64,000 nucleotides of DNA from Escherichia phage SUT_E420, in sequence record OQ990039. One strand, given 5' to 3'. A program made the position numbers and the translations under genes. The notes under the pieces are model-generated. The model had not been told where the DNA came from and made no database searches. It saw only the letters and a program-made list of their open reading frames with translations. This document shows positions 8,388-17,727 of the stretch, piece by piece (position 1 is the first letter of the stretch; each line of letters begins with the position of its first letter).

Positions 8388-8870
8388 TTATAAACTATCA
8401 AGCTCCAATAGTTTAGCATCGCGCCATTCTATAGCATCCTCTAATTCTTTGAATGTTTTAGTATGTTTTACACCTTTTCTAGCAATCTGGACTTGGTAAG
8501 ATCCGCTTGCTTTTTGGTGTATATTCTTAATACCTAACTTATTGTCTTTGTGCGCTCCGACATTCTTTCCATTGTTAAATCTATCAGATGCTAATAAATT
8601 AATTGCTCTATTATCATGACGTATTCTGTTGTCATGGTCTACTTCTTTTGGAATGTATCCATGAGTGATATAGAATGCTAGGATATGTGCATAGTATTTT
8701 TTACCCCTTACTTGCATTACTATATACCCTGAGCATTTTTCTAGAGAACCTGCTTCTTTGCCAGCAAACTTAGTATTAAAGGATTTATCTTCTCTAGGTT
8801 TGTGGGTAAAGATTCCAGTTTCTGGATTATAGTCAAATAACCCAGCTATTTCTTTATATTTTTCTTCCAT
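8388..8870 (-). CDS. HNH homing endonuclease (free-standing, between nrdA and nrdB)
   Basis: 160 aa. HGYIPKEVDHDNRIRHDNRAINL is a classic HNH motif; C-terminal AP2-like DNA-binding segment. Intergenic placement between functionally linked genes. Confidence 0.8.
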   Translation of the reverse strand: MEEKYKEIAGLFDYNPETGIFTHKPREDKSFNTKFAGKEAGSLEKCSGYIVMQVRGKKYYAHILAFYITHGYIPKEVDHDNRIRHDNRAINLLASDRFNNGKNVGAHKDNKLGIKNIHQKASGSYQVQIARKGVKHTKTFKELEDAIEWRDAKLLELDSL

Positions 8871-8902
8871 AATCTAAAATTACAGCTATGATAGGCCTAA
8901 TA

Positions 8903-8920
8903 AAGGGGCTTTCGCCCCTT
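8903..8920. terminator. GC hairpin (AAGGGGC-TTTC-GCCCCTT), bidirectional terminator candidate
   Basis: 7-bp stem with A-rich 5' and T-rich 3' flank; lies after nrdA on the minus strand. Confidence 0.5.
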
Positions 8921-8925
8921 ATTTA

Positions 8926-11259
8926 TTATAATTGACAACCACCGGATGCACATCCAGCAGCAGCTTCTTCACCTGCACCTCCACCATTTGCAGTATTGAA
9001 GTTTGCATAGTAGAAAGTTTTCCACCCATACTTAACAGCAGTCATGAAATCACGAACTACTACTGGGCCAGGAATGATTTCATTCTCAAACTTGGTGTAG
9101 TCATAGTACATATTCGTACTGATAGACTGACTGAAGAATTTCTGCATAGTTGCTACCCACTTGATCCACTCGATACGATCTACATCATAAGCCAGTTTAT
9201 AGCTCATTAACGTTTCCCAATCGGTTGCACCTGGAGCAATTGCAATTACTTTATTTACTGCACTACCCTTGATAGATACAATCTTACGAGGTGGTTCGAT
9301 AGAGTTAGTAACACCTAACAGAACAGAAGAACTTTCTCCCGGCATCTGAGCAGTCAGAACAGAGTTACGCATACCATATTTCAGAATATCTGCACGCAGA
9401 GACTCCCAATCCATTTCTAGACCTACGGATACCAGTTCATCAACAGTTTTCTTGTACGTGTCGATTACCAGAATTCCTTTAGATGGTTTAGTACGATCAA
9501 ACCACTCACATGCACCCTGTTCTTTAGCTAGGCGTACAGAGGCTTTATGCAGGAAGTAAGACAGTTTTTCAGCCTCACGGTGAATCCAGTTACGAGCTTC
9601 AATACCTTCATAAGCCAGACCTTCTGCTGCCATTGCACCTGCTGCGTTCATCAGGCCAATACCAACATTACGACGTTTCTTAGCCGTATATTCCATAGTT
9701 GGGAACGGATAATCCTGAATTTCAATAATTGTATCAACGAATTTCAGAAGGATGTAGCAAGTTTTTTCCCACTCAGCCAGAGATTCCATGCGTCCAAGTA
9801 CAACACCGCCTAAGTTACACAGAGATACTTCACCAATATCCTCCGGCTTCATTTGATCAAGTTGTTCTTTTGTTTTATACAGTTCCGTGATATGATGGAA
9901 CGGGCGTGTAGGCTGAGTAATTTCAACACAAAGGTTTGTCATACGGATCGGATCAAGGAAGTTACCGTGACGATTAGATTCCCCGATGTGATGAGCATAC
10001 ATACGTCCTGTTTCCATTCGGATACGTAGCCAAGTATCTAGGATTTCTTTTGCAGAGACTTTAGGAGCTGCTGGAACTGTTTTTCCTTCGTGGTCGATCT
10101 TTGTAAGAGATGCCACACGTTTCTCCGCTGCCACGTAGATTTCTTCAAATTTAGCCTCGTCATCACTATAAAACGCTTCATGAACTTCTGGAGCATAGAA
10201 GTATGACATTAGCGTAATATCTTCGTTTTTAAGATAACGTTTTAACAAAAGATTGTTAAAGCTCAGAGAATAGTCCATCTTATCGATTTTATTCTCATCT
10301 GTAGCACGTTGTTGCTTAACCTGCATCAATTGAATGATTTCAGGGTCGAAGTACGTATAAGACACTGTGGCAGAACCACCACGAGTTTGCTGAGTATTGG
10401 CCTTTACTGAGCGGTCAATGTGTCGATAATATGGCAGTTTTCCGGAATGCGGGAATGCCCCATTTCGCACCGGATCAGCAATTGATCGGCTTTCAAGATG
10501 ATACCCGATTCCCGCTCTGGCTGCGACCATTTTGAAGACGATGTGCTCGGCGGTGTCGATTGAATCCAACGTGTCAGTGGAATCCACGAGGCAGCAACTA
10601 GCAAATCCACGGTCACTAGAGCGCAGACCAACCAGTGGCGGCGTAGGAATGTTGATTTTGTGGAGTGACATTGCGTTGTAGAGGTCGATTGCATCTAGAA
10701 TTGTCCAGTTAGGTTGAGATAACATCGCCATTGCCATACCCATGTAGGCAAACTGCGGAGTTTCATAGATTTCACCAGTGGCTATGTTACGACGGGAATA
10801 CTTATCAAAGAACTGTTTCAGCCCACCACTAGTAAAAAGACGGTCACGATCATGGTCGATAACCTGATTCAGAGCTTCAAATTGCTCATCGGTAATCCAT
10901 GCACTCATGTCTTCCCATGCACCTACGCTAACCATATGGTCATGGAAGAAGCGCAGAGAAGGTGGTTCGAAGGAATCATAGAGGCGTTTACGCATTTGCG
11001 CAAGACGTAATTCCTTTGCTGGCACATCATATGCTGGATTATCTTTGATAAGACTTTCAGCAGCTTTAATTAATGCATCCATCAGAGTGTCGGAATCTAC
11101 AACCCCTTTAGGCAGAGTTTTTTGAGCAGCCATAGTAATGGCTGACCAACTTACATCAACTGTTTTGCAACCATACTCCGCCCAACCATTGAGTTTTTCA
11201 GGAGCAAAGTCTTCTACAGTACCGTCACGTTTAATTACTTTTTCAATGCGATGGCTCAT
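8926..11259 (-). CDS. nrdA: Ribonucleotide reductase class Ia alpha subunit
   Basis: Start moved to the ATG giving MSHRIEKVIKRDGTVEDF (ATP-cone) with AGGAAAG SD; the track ORF extends 35 codons further upstream. Cys-containing C-terminal tail. Confidence 0.9.
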   Translation of the reverse strand: MSHRIEKVIKRDGTVEDFAPEKLNGWAEYGCKTVDVSWSAITMAAQKTLPKGVVDSDTLMDALIKAAESLIKDNPAYDVPAKELRLAQMRKRLYDSFEPPSLRFFHDHMVSVGAWEDMSAWITDEQFEALNQVIDHDRDRLFTSGGLKQFFDKYSRRNIATGEIYETPQFAYMGMAMAMLSQPNWTILDAIDLYNAMSLHKINIPTPPLVGLRSSDRGFASCCLVDSTDTLDSIDTAEHIVFKMVAARAGIGYHLESRSIADPVRNGAFPHSGKLPYYRHIDRSVKANTQQTRGGSATVSYTYFDPEIIQLMQVKQQRATDENKIDKMDYSLSFNNLLLKRYLKNEDITLMSYFYAPEVHEAFYSDDEAKFEEIYVAAEKRVASLTKIDHEGKTVPAAPKVSAKEILDTWLRIRMETGRMYAHHIGESNRHGNFLDPIRMTNLCVEITQPTRPFHHITELYKTKEQLDQMKPEDIGEVSLCNLGGVVLGRMESLAEWEKTCYILLKFVDTIIEIQDYPFPTMEYTAKKRRNVGIGLMNAAGAMAAEGLAYEGIEARNWIHREAEKLSYFLHKASVRLAKEQGACEWFDRTKPSKGILVIDTYKKTVDELVSVGLEMDWESLRADILKYGMRNSVLTAQMPGESSSVLLGVTNSIEPPRKIVSIKGSAVNKVIAIAPGATDWETLMSYKLAYDVDRIEWIKWVATMQKFFSQSISTNMYYDYTKFENEIIPGPVVVRDFMTAVKYGWKTFYYANFNTANGGGAGEEAAAGCASGGCQL

Positions 11260-11401
11260 TTGGCTTTCCTTTTTATAGTTATCAGGATTTAAGGAATATT
11301 CTACTTTATTATCGGTCATTAGGCAAATAAAATTTTCTGATAGAAAAGGCCCGAGTATTTTCATACCCAGGCCCTGTATATTACCAGTCTAGCTTTTTAG
11401 C

Positions 11402-11623
11402 TTATTCAATTACTTTAGCTCTAGCTACTTCTTTTAATAGAATATCTATGGAGGTGCTCAGCTCGTTATAATTGAATGGTTTATTTGGATTTGAGGTTAC
11501 AATTTTCCACGCTAGGGTTGTCTTAGGACTTTCTTCCCCTTCCTTACGTGTAATCATATTAGCAGCACTCAGTGAAGTACGATGTATTTTAGTTTTACGG
11601 CTCAGATGAACGACGTTTCCCAT
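11402..11623 (-). CDS. Hypothetical small protein
   Basis: Start taken at internal ATG with GGAAGG SD; overlaps the phoH stop. Weak support. Confidence 0.3.
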   Translation of the reverse strand: MGNVVHLSRKTKIHRTSLSAANMITRKEGEESPKTTLAWKIVTSNPNKPFNYNELSTSIDILLKEVARAKVIE

Positions 11624-11624
11624 A

Positions 11625-12386
11625 TTACACCTTCCCCATGTCTTTAAAAATATCATAGAATGCTTTAGACTCAACAGAACGAACGTTATCAATCAATTCG
11701 ATCATTGAGAATGGGGCATTTTCGTATTTTTCATAGACTTCCATAAGGAGTGCTAGACCTGAGTCACCTTTAATGTCTTTCTGAGCTATATCTCCGCAGA
11801 TAATTAAACGGCAGTCTTGTCCTACACGAGTTAGGAGACAAATCATTGCCTCAACGGAAATATTCTGAGCTTCATCGACAATTACATAGGAGTTGTTGAA
11901 AGTTCTGCCACGAGCATGTTCGACAGCCAAAAATTTAATTTTCTGACGTTCGACATATCCTTTATACGCATGATCGCCGATGGCCCATTTCATACCATCA
12001 GCTATTGGCTCCAACCAAGGCTCTAGCTTTTCCGCTAGATCACCAGGAAGCATACCAAGAGACTTACCTAGAGGTTCATTAGGACGTACGAGAATCACTT
12101 GCTCAATATCTGAGTGAATGTCTGCGAGTTCCTGAGCTGCAAGAACGGACGGAATAAAGGTTTTACCAGTACCTGGCTCACCGATACCCACAGTCACTGT
12201 GTTGTTCTTGATCATATTGATATATGATTTTTGCTCGCGGTTTTTACCTACTAGGGATTTAGCAACTGGGTTAGCGTAATCATTAGAAAAATCAGCCTGA
12301 ATTACGTTATTCTCATATTTGTTGCCACGCTTTCTTGAACCATTACGGTTCTCTCTTTTTTGACGTGCTTTTCCCATAAATAACAC
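11625..12386 (-). CDS. phoH: PhoH-like ATPase
   Basis: 253 aa; Walker A GEPGTGKTF and Walker B VIVDEAQN typical of PhoH. Confidence 0.9.
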   Translation of the reverse strand: MLFMGKARQKRENRNGSRKRGNKYENNVIQADFSNDYANPVAKSLVGKNREQKSYINMIKNNTVTVGIGEPGTGKTFIPSVLAAQELADIHSDIEQVILVRPNEPLGKSLGMLPGDLAEKLEPWLEPIADGMKWAIGDHAYKGYVERQKIKFLAVEHARGRTFNNSYVIVDEAQNISVEAMICLLTRVGQDCRLIICGDIAQKDIKGDSGLALLMEVYEKYENAPFSMIELIDNVRSVESKAFYDIFKDMGKV

Positions 12387-12450
12387 TCCTATAGTGTACT
12401 TCGCTAACAGAGGATCAACAAAAAGATCTTGTTTATCAACTTACAAATAT

Positions 12451-12479
12451 ATTATACCAATATATACAGTAAAAAGCAA
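12451..12479 (-). promoter_or_regulatory. T5-type early promoter (minus strand) upstream of phoH
   Basis: Reverse strand: -35 TTGCTT (12474-12479), 17-nt spacer, -10 TATAAT (12451-12456). Confidence 0.5.
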
Positions 12480-12671
12480 CTACAATTTTAAATAAGCCTA
12501 TGATATTGCATTTAAATAAAAAATTTGCTTGCTTTTAACGTGAGATGTGTGATACTAGATAATCATTTTATATCGCGTGCACGAGTGTGTGATTATACAA
12601 TTTTTAATAGAGATTGGCAAATAAAATTTTTTGACTCAGATCATGTTACAGAACTTTATAGTAAAATATTG

Positions 12672-12700
12672 TTGACATCCGCCCTCGAATGAGTTATAAT
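12672..12700 (+). promoter_or_regulatory. Consensus sigma70 promoter upstream of nrdD
   Basis: TTGACA (12672-12677), 17-nt spacer, TATAAT (12695-12700); GAGAAGGAG SD before ATG at 12730. Confidence 0.65.
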
Positions 12701-12729
12701 AGTAGTCTTAGTTAGAGAAGGAGAGTATA

Positions 12730-14604
12730 ATGAATCGCAATGAAGAACTAAAGTATAAAGAAATGCAGGCGTTAATTAGAAACTGCAAAGAGATTATCGA
12801 AGGGTCAGCAGATGAAGAGCTGCTGTTTAATAATGCTAATAAACCCTCAGAACGTTTCCCTACACAAAGGGATATGCTTGCAGGTGAATTGAGTAAGTAT
12901 CTGATTCTAGAAGAAATGCCAATTCAGATTCGAAATGCTCATATGATTGGGGATATTCATTTCCATGATGCTGATTATGCTGCATTAGGCATGACTAACT
13001 GTTGTCTGGTAGCTTTGGAAGATATGTTGAAGAATGGTATGAAGGTTGGTAATGCTGAAATTAGCACTCCAAACTCTATCACTACTGCGGCGGCTATTAC
13101 TGCTCAGATTATCACTCAGGTTAGCTCCCATCAGTATGGTGGTACTTCTGTAGACCGCCTTGATGAAGTATTAGCCCCTTATGTTCGTAAATCATATGAC
13201 AAAAATCATGCGTTTGCAAAACGTTGGACTAAGGATGAAGCCAAAGCATCCGTAATGGCTACGGAGATGACTGAAAAGGAAGTCTATGACGCTTGTCAGG
13301 GTTTAGAATATGAAATCAATACCATGTTCAACTCTAACGGTCAGAGTCCATTTATTACCTTTGGTTTTGGTCTAGGAACTTCTTGGGAAGCACGTCTAGT
13401 ACAGAAAGCAATACTGAAAGTACGCATGGATGGTTTAGGTATCAATAAACGTACAGCTATCTTCCCGAAACTGGTATTTGTACTTCGTGATGGTGTTAAC
13501 ATGAAACCAGGAGATGTTAATTATGACATCAAGAAGTTAGCTATGAAATGTACTGCTGAACGTATGTATCCAGATTATATCAGCTATGACAAAGTTGTAG
13601 AAGTTACTGGAGACTATAAAGTTTCTATGGGCTGTCGTTCATTCCTAGCTGCTACAGAAGATGGTGAAACTGCCGGTCGTAATAACTTAGGTGTTGTTTC
13701 TGTAAACTTGCCTAGAATTGCTATCGAAGCTGAAGGAAATATTGACCTATTTTTTGATTTGCTTGAACTGCGTGTGGATACAGCGTTAAAAGCATTGGAG
13801 TGGAGAGTTGATCGCTTAAAATACATCCAAGCTAAAGCTGCACCCATCCTCTATATGTCAGGAGCCTTTGGGTTACGCTTGGAGCCTGATGAATATGTAT
13901 TCGATCATTTCTATAATCGTGCTTCTGTATCTCTAGGGTATATTGGCTGCCATGAAATGCTACAGTTCATGTTTGGCAAAGATATAGACACAATGTCCGA
14001 GACCTGCATCAAGTTTGTTCAGCGTGTATTGCAGTACATGCGGGATAGAGTCGATCAGAAGAAGGAAGAAACTAAGTTAGGTTATAGCCTGTATGCTACA
14101 CCATCAGAATCCCTATGTGATCGCTTTTGTCGTCTAGACCGTGAATATTTCCCGGAACATGAAGATATTCTGTCCAAAGGATACTACACTAACTCTCACC
14201 ACCTTGATGTGGAACGTAAAGTTGCTCCTAACGTGAAATTTGATTATGAATCTAACTTTACTCCGATTGCTTCTGGTGGGTGTATTTCCTACGTAGAATT
14301 ACCGGATATGAAACGATTCCCAGATGCACTGGAATGGGTTATTAATTATGCTGCTAGTAAGGTTCATTACTTCGGTATTAATACTCCAGTGGATTCTTGC
14401 GGTAAATGTGGATTCTTAGGTGAAACAATAGCATCCGAAGATGGATTTAAGTGCCCTATCTGTGGTAATCATGACCCCGAAACTCTTGAAGTAACTCGTC
14501 GAGTTTGTGGGTATCTTGGAAATCCGGGTGCTCGTCCATTTAACCCCGGCAAACAGCACGAGGTGATGGGCAGAGTGAAACATCAGGATATTCGAGCTAA
14601 ATAA
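12730..14604 (+). CDS. nrdD: Anaerobic ribonucleoside-triphosphate reductase (class III)
   Basis: 624 aa; C-terminal Zn-ribbon CGKCGF...CPICGN and a downstream Gly-containing segment typical of NrdD. Confidence 0.9.
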   Translation: MNRNEELKYKEMQALIRNCKEIIEGSADEELLFNNANKPSERFPTQRDMLAGELSKYLILEEMPIQIRNAHMIGDIHFHDADYAALGMTNCCLVALEDMLKNGMKVGNAEISTPNSITTAAAITAQIITQVSSHQYGGTSVDRLDEVLAPYVRKSYDKNHAFAKRWTKDEAKASVMATEMTEKEVYDACQGLEYEINTMFNSNGQSPFITFGFGLGTSWEARLVQKAILKVRMDGLGINKRTAIFPKLVFVLRDGVNMKPGDVNYDIKKLAMKCTAERMYPDYISYDKVVEVTGDYKVSMGCRSFLAATEDGETAGRNNLGVVSVNLPRIAIEAEGNIDLFFDLLELRVDTALKALEWRVDRLKYIQAKAAPILYMSGAFGLRLEPDEYVFDHFYNRASVSLGYIGCHEMLQFMFGKDIDTMSETCIKFVQRVLQYMRDRVDQKKEETKLGYSLYATPSESLCDRFCRLDREYFPEHEDILSKGYYTNSHHLDVERKVAPNVKFDYESNFTPIASGGCISYVELPDMKRFPDALEWVINYAASKVHYFGINTPVDSCGKCGFLGETIASEDGFKCPICGNHDPETLEVTRRVCGYLGNPGARPFNPGKQHEVMGRVKHQDIRAK

Positions 14605-14646
14605 GCTAATCAGCCGGGTTGCTAGTCGACCTGGCTTTTATTTTAT

Positions 14647-14675
14647 TTGCTTTCAGCCAAAAATTTATATATAAT
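14647..14675 (+). promoter_or_regulatory. T5-type early promoter driving the Sir2-containing operon
   Basis: -35 TTGCTT (14647-14652), 17-nt spacer, -10 TATAAT (14670-14675), then AGATTTATAAATTTGAGAGG. Confidence 0.55.
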
Positions 14676-14703
14676 AGATTTATAAATTTGAGAGGAGAAA
14701 GGT

Positions 14704-15084
14704 ATGGAATTAAAGCCCTATATAGTTGAGTCTACATGTGGTGGTTTCCATCTTGGCGTAGACGATCTTAGAGAAGCTATTTTTGCATCTACTGGAGATT
14801 ATTCCCATCTAGAGGGTATTGGATATTCATCAATTATTGGTGATTGGGTAGAAACAAATCTAGATGTATCACCATATAACTCAGATTGCTTGTTTGACGA
14901 GGATGAGGATGAAATAAAGTATGATATTGAATTTGTTTATAATAGAGTATTAAAAGTATACCAACGTAATCCCGAGGGATACGAAGATATTACTAAAGGT
15001 ATTAAACAGTATCTTAAAGATGTATACTATAATTTTTCTGATGAAGACCTAGAAACAGTTGCAGTGGAGTTTAATAATGGCTAA
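14704..15084 (+). CDS. Hypothetical acidic protein
   Basis: 126-aa ORF, GAGGAGAAAGG SD; first gene of the operon. Confidence 0.45.
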   Translation: MELKPYIVESTCGGFHLGVDDLREAIFASTGDYSHLEGIGYSSIIGDWVETNLDVSPYNSDCLFDEDEDEIKYDIEFVYNRVLKVYQRNPEGYEDITKGIKQYLKDVYYNFSDEDLETVAVEFNNG

Positions 15085-15283
15085 GAATGTAAAACATCTT
15101 AAATATCGCTTAATTTACAATGGACGTATGGAAACAGAAGACCTGGCCCAATTAGCTATTAATTCTAACGAGGTTACAGTGCGTGCGCTGGCAATTGAAA
15201 AGTTGCGTGCCTCTTATGAAAATCGTGTTATGGAACTAGAGGAGAAACTTTATGGCATTCTCGAAGCCGATGCTACCAGATAA
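15077..15283 (+). CDS. Hypothetical small protein
   Basis: Start taken at MAKNVKHLKY overlapping the previous stop. Confidence 0.35.
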   Translation: MAKNVKHLKYRLIYNGRMETEDLAQLAINSNEVTVRALAIEKLRASYENRVMELEEKLYGILEADATR

Positions 15284-15473
15284 GGGTTTAAACGCCGCTT
15301 TGGAAAACGCATTAATGCAGCACTGGGAAACTGGCTATAAGGATGGTGTTGAATCCTGCGCTACTATGCTAGAAGTTATTGCTAATACCTTAATGGAGAA
15401 AGGCAATAAAGAATTAGCTGAGCTATTAGACAGTATTGGGCAAAACTTCAGAGAACAGGTGAAAAATGCGTAG
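15252..15473 (+). CDS. Hypothetical small protein
   Basis: 73-aa ORF overlapping both neighbours. Confidence 0.4.
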   Translation: MAFSKPMLPDKGLNAALENALMQHWETGYKDGVESCATMLEVIANTLMEKGNKELAELLDSIGQNFREQVKNA

Positions 15474-16281
15474 ATTAATTGTTATTAGCGGTGCAGGTTT
15501 GAGTGTTGAAAGTGGTGTACGAGCTTTTCGTACTGATACTGCTAGTGGTAAAGCATTGTGGGATGATTATGATCTAGAAGAAGTATGTAATATTCATGCC
15601 TTTCGTGGTAATTTTTATCATAAAACCCATATGTTTTACAACAAGCGTCGTGAAGAGCTAAAAACTGTTGAACCCAATCTTGCGCATTTGCGTATCGGTG
15701 AATGGTATAAACAATATCCAGGTCAAGTAGTAAACTTGACTACCAACGTTGATGACCTTATTGAGCGTTCTGGCGTTCCACATAATGACATTCTACACAT
15801 TCATGGATATTTAAAAGAGGTTGTTGTAGCTGATAGCTACAATAGTAGCAATAAACGGATTATTGATGTAGGATACAATTCTATTGATCCAGATGATTAT
15901 AAATGGGTTAAACCTAATGTAATCTTCTTTGGAGAGCATGCTCCAGCATATGCGGAGATGTACAATGTTTTTGATGGTATTACCAGTCAAGATATGATCA
16001 TTGTGGTTGGTTGCTCTAACCAAGTAATTAACTTCTACTGGGAATTATTTCCTGTTCTTAATTTGACTGCTGCCAAGCTAATGGTTGTTAACTACTATGA
16101 TAGTGCCCTAGCGGCGGAACCGAGCTATCAAGGTATGACTCGTAGTGAGATGTACCAGCTGGAAGAACGCGGTATCCCTTACTGGGGTAAAGGTGCGGTA
16201 GATGCTTTCAGTGATCCTGATTTTATTGCTCGTGTAGAAGCTCATTTAGGGGGTAGACCTTATGTGTCAGGAAATAAGTAA
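15466..16281 (+). CDS. Sir2-family (sirtuin-like) NAD-dependent protein
   Basis: 271 aa. N-terminal ISGAGLSVESGVRAFR matches the sirtuin NAD-binding motif GAG(I/L)SxESG(I/V)xxFR; Rossmann-like remainder. Confidence 0.7.
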   Translation: MRRLIVISGAGLSVESGVRAFRTDTASGKALWDDYDLEEVCNIHAFRGNFYHKTHMFYNKRREELKTVEPNLAHLRIGEWYKQYPGQVVNLTTNVDDLIERSGVPHNDILHIHGYLKEVVVADSYNSSNKRIIDVGYNSIDPDDYKWVKPNVIFFGEHAPAYAEMYNVFDGITSQDMIIVVGCSNQVINFYWELFPVLNLTAAKLMVVNYYDSALAAEPSYQGMTRSEMYQLEERGIPYWGKGAVDAFSDPDFIARVEAHLGGRPYVSGNK

Positions 16282-16774
16282 TACTCCAATTATTTTTCTA
16301 GACATTGATGGGGTGCTCAATTCGAGCATCTCCCACTATCATGCACCTGATGATGAAAAGATTTTCTTTGGAAGTGATTGGGTTTTCAAACCGCTTCTCA
16401 AGGCTTTTCAGGACTTTATTCGTCCTTCTCCAATAATGATTGTTGGAGTATCATCTTGGTTCTCTGTCAGAAATGAGATGGAGAACGTTCAGATTATGAC
16501 CGGATTAGGCCTTATCGATCGTTTTCTTGGTACAACGGATTTTACTGGTGGTGGATTATCTAGGGGTAATTCTGTTCTTCGCTTCGTTGAAAAGCATAAG
16601 CTCAAACATTGGTGTGTGCTTGATGATGCGGGTGCTATGATGTATCAGTATCCAACGGTTATAGTCAACGGTAGGACTGGTATAAATCTTCAAGATTTAA
16701 AAGCTGTTAGCTATATGCTAGAATTTAGCCCAGATCTTGAAATGTGTAAATCCTTACAACAATTTAAGGTGTAA
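16262..16774 (+). CDS. HAD-superfamily phosphatase-like protein
   Basis: 170 aa; N-terminal IIFLDIDGVLNS is HAD motif I (DxDG); later VLDD-like acidic motif. Start overlaps the Sir2 gene end. Confidence 0.5.
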   Translation: MCQEISNTPIIFLDIDGVLNSSISHYHAPDDEKIFFGSDWVFKPLLKAFQDFIRPSPIMIVGVSSWFSVRNEMENVQIMTGLGLIDRFLGTTDFTGGGLSRGNSVLRFVEKHKLKHWCVLDDAGAMMYQYPTVIVNGRTGINLQDLKAVSYMLEFSPDLEMCKSLQQFKV

Positions 16775-16776
16775 AT

Positions 16777-17205
16777 ATGTTCAATAATGTATTCTCTAAA
16801 GAAGCTAACCCAATTTTGGTTAACTTTTGGCGTACTCTTCCAGCTAGCCTGTATAATGAGGCTATTAACTCTTTGAAAATATGGTGTGAGAATAACGAAA
16901 TCTACTTTGCTTTTAAAGATGATATTGATGAAGCCCCCTGTATTGGTTTAATTGTTCAGGTAGAGGAGGGTCTTGAAGAGATTGTCGGCTGGAAAGAGTT
17001 AGATGAAATGGGCTTAGTTTTTGCGTTAAACTATAAGCTGTTTATGCCTGCTAAGCATCGCCTCGTTGTTAACTATAAAACTAGTGAATCTCCTGGTTTT
17101 CAAGTTAATGAACGTTACGGTTGGTCTTACTCACCAGAAGAAGTGAATGATGGTATCCAAAAACTTCGCCGTTTCGGGTATATGATCCCAGGTTTAACTG
17201 CTTAA
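16777..17205 (+). CDS. Hypothetical protein, paralog A of a tandem pair
   Basis: 142 aa; shares PCIG...MGL(V/I)xALN...(I/V)PGL blocks with the adjacent downstream ORF. Confidence 0.5.
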   Translation: MFNNVFSKEANPILVNFWRTLPASLYNEAINSLKIWCENNEIYFAFKDDIDEAPCIGLIVQVEEGLEEIVGWKELDEMGLVFALNYKLFMPAKHRLVVNYKTSESPGFQVNERYGWSYSPEEVNDGIQKLRRFGYMIPGLTA

Positions 17206-17214
17206 GGAGGCAGA

Positions 17215-17604
17215 ATGGAACAAGTATATTGGCGTCAGATTGACCCTAGTTTGGTGAAACGTGCGGAGAAGCTGCTACAACGTTGGTTGGGGGTAAGACA
17301 AGCCTCCTTCACTTTTCCTGAGCAGCAAATAGATGATCCATGCATTGGCGTTTTCCTGTCTGGATACGCCAGGGAATGGGAACTGGATTGGAATGAGTTG
17401 TCTGCTATGGGTTTAATTGTTGCCCTAAATTTCTCTTTGTTCCATCCACGTGGTTTTGCCATATGTCGTGTGCCGGATGATGGTTGTTCGCCCCATCTTT
17501 TACAGGTGGAAAATGATATTTGGGAGTACACTCCAGATATTCTCAAAGAAGCTAAAGAACAATTAAACCGTGTTGGGATATATGTTCCGGGATTAAATGA
17601 CTAA
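17215..17604 (+). CDS. Hypothetical protein, paralog B of a tandem pair
   Basis: 129 aa; homologous to the upstream ORF over its conserved blocks; GGAGG SD. Confidence 0.5.
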   Translation: MEQVYWRQIDPSLVKRAEKLLQRWLGVRQASFTFPEQQIDDPCIGVFLSGYAREWELDWNELSAMGLIVALNFSLFHPRGFAICRVPDDGCSPHLLQVENDIWEYTPDILKEAKEQLNRVGIYVPGLND

Positions 17605-17630
17605 TGATTTTTATTAGCTGAACTCTGATT

Positions 17631-17656
17631 ACCGAGTCATTTTGGCTCGGTTTTAT
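17631..17656 (+). terminator. Intrinsic terminator candidate after the Sir2 operon
   Basis: 8-bp stem ACCGAGTC / GGCTCGGT followed by TTTT. Confidence 0.45.
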
Positions 17657-17698
17657 CCGTACTCAAGACCAATGATAGCACCATCCGGAAAATTTTAC

Positions 17699-17727
17699 TT
17701 GCAGGATGCTCAAAATCTTGATATAAT
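17699..17727 (+). promoter_or_regulatory. T5-type early promoter reading into the ORF-free region
   Basis: -35 TTGCAG (17699-17704), 17-nt spacer, -10 TATAAT (17722-17727). Confidence 0.5.
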
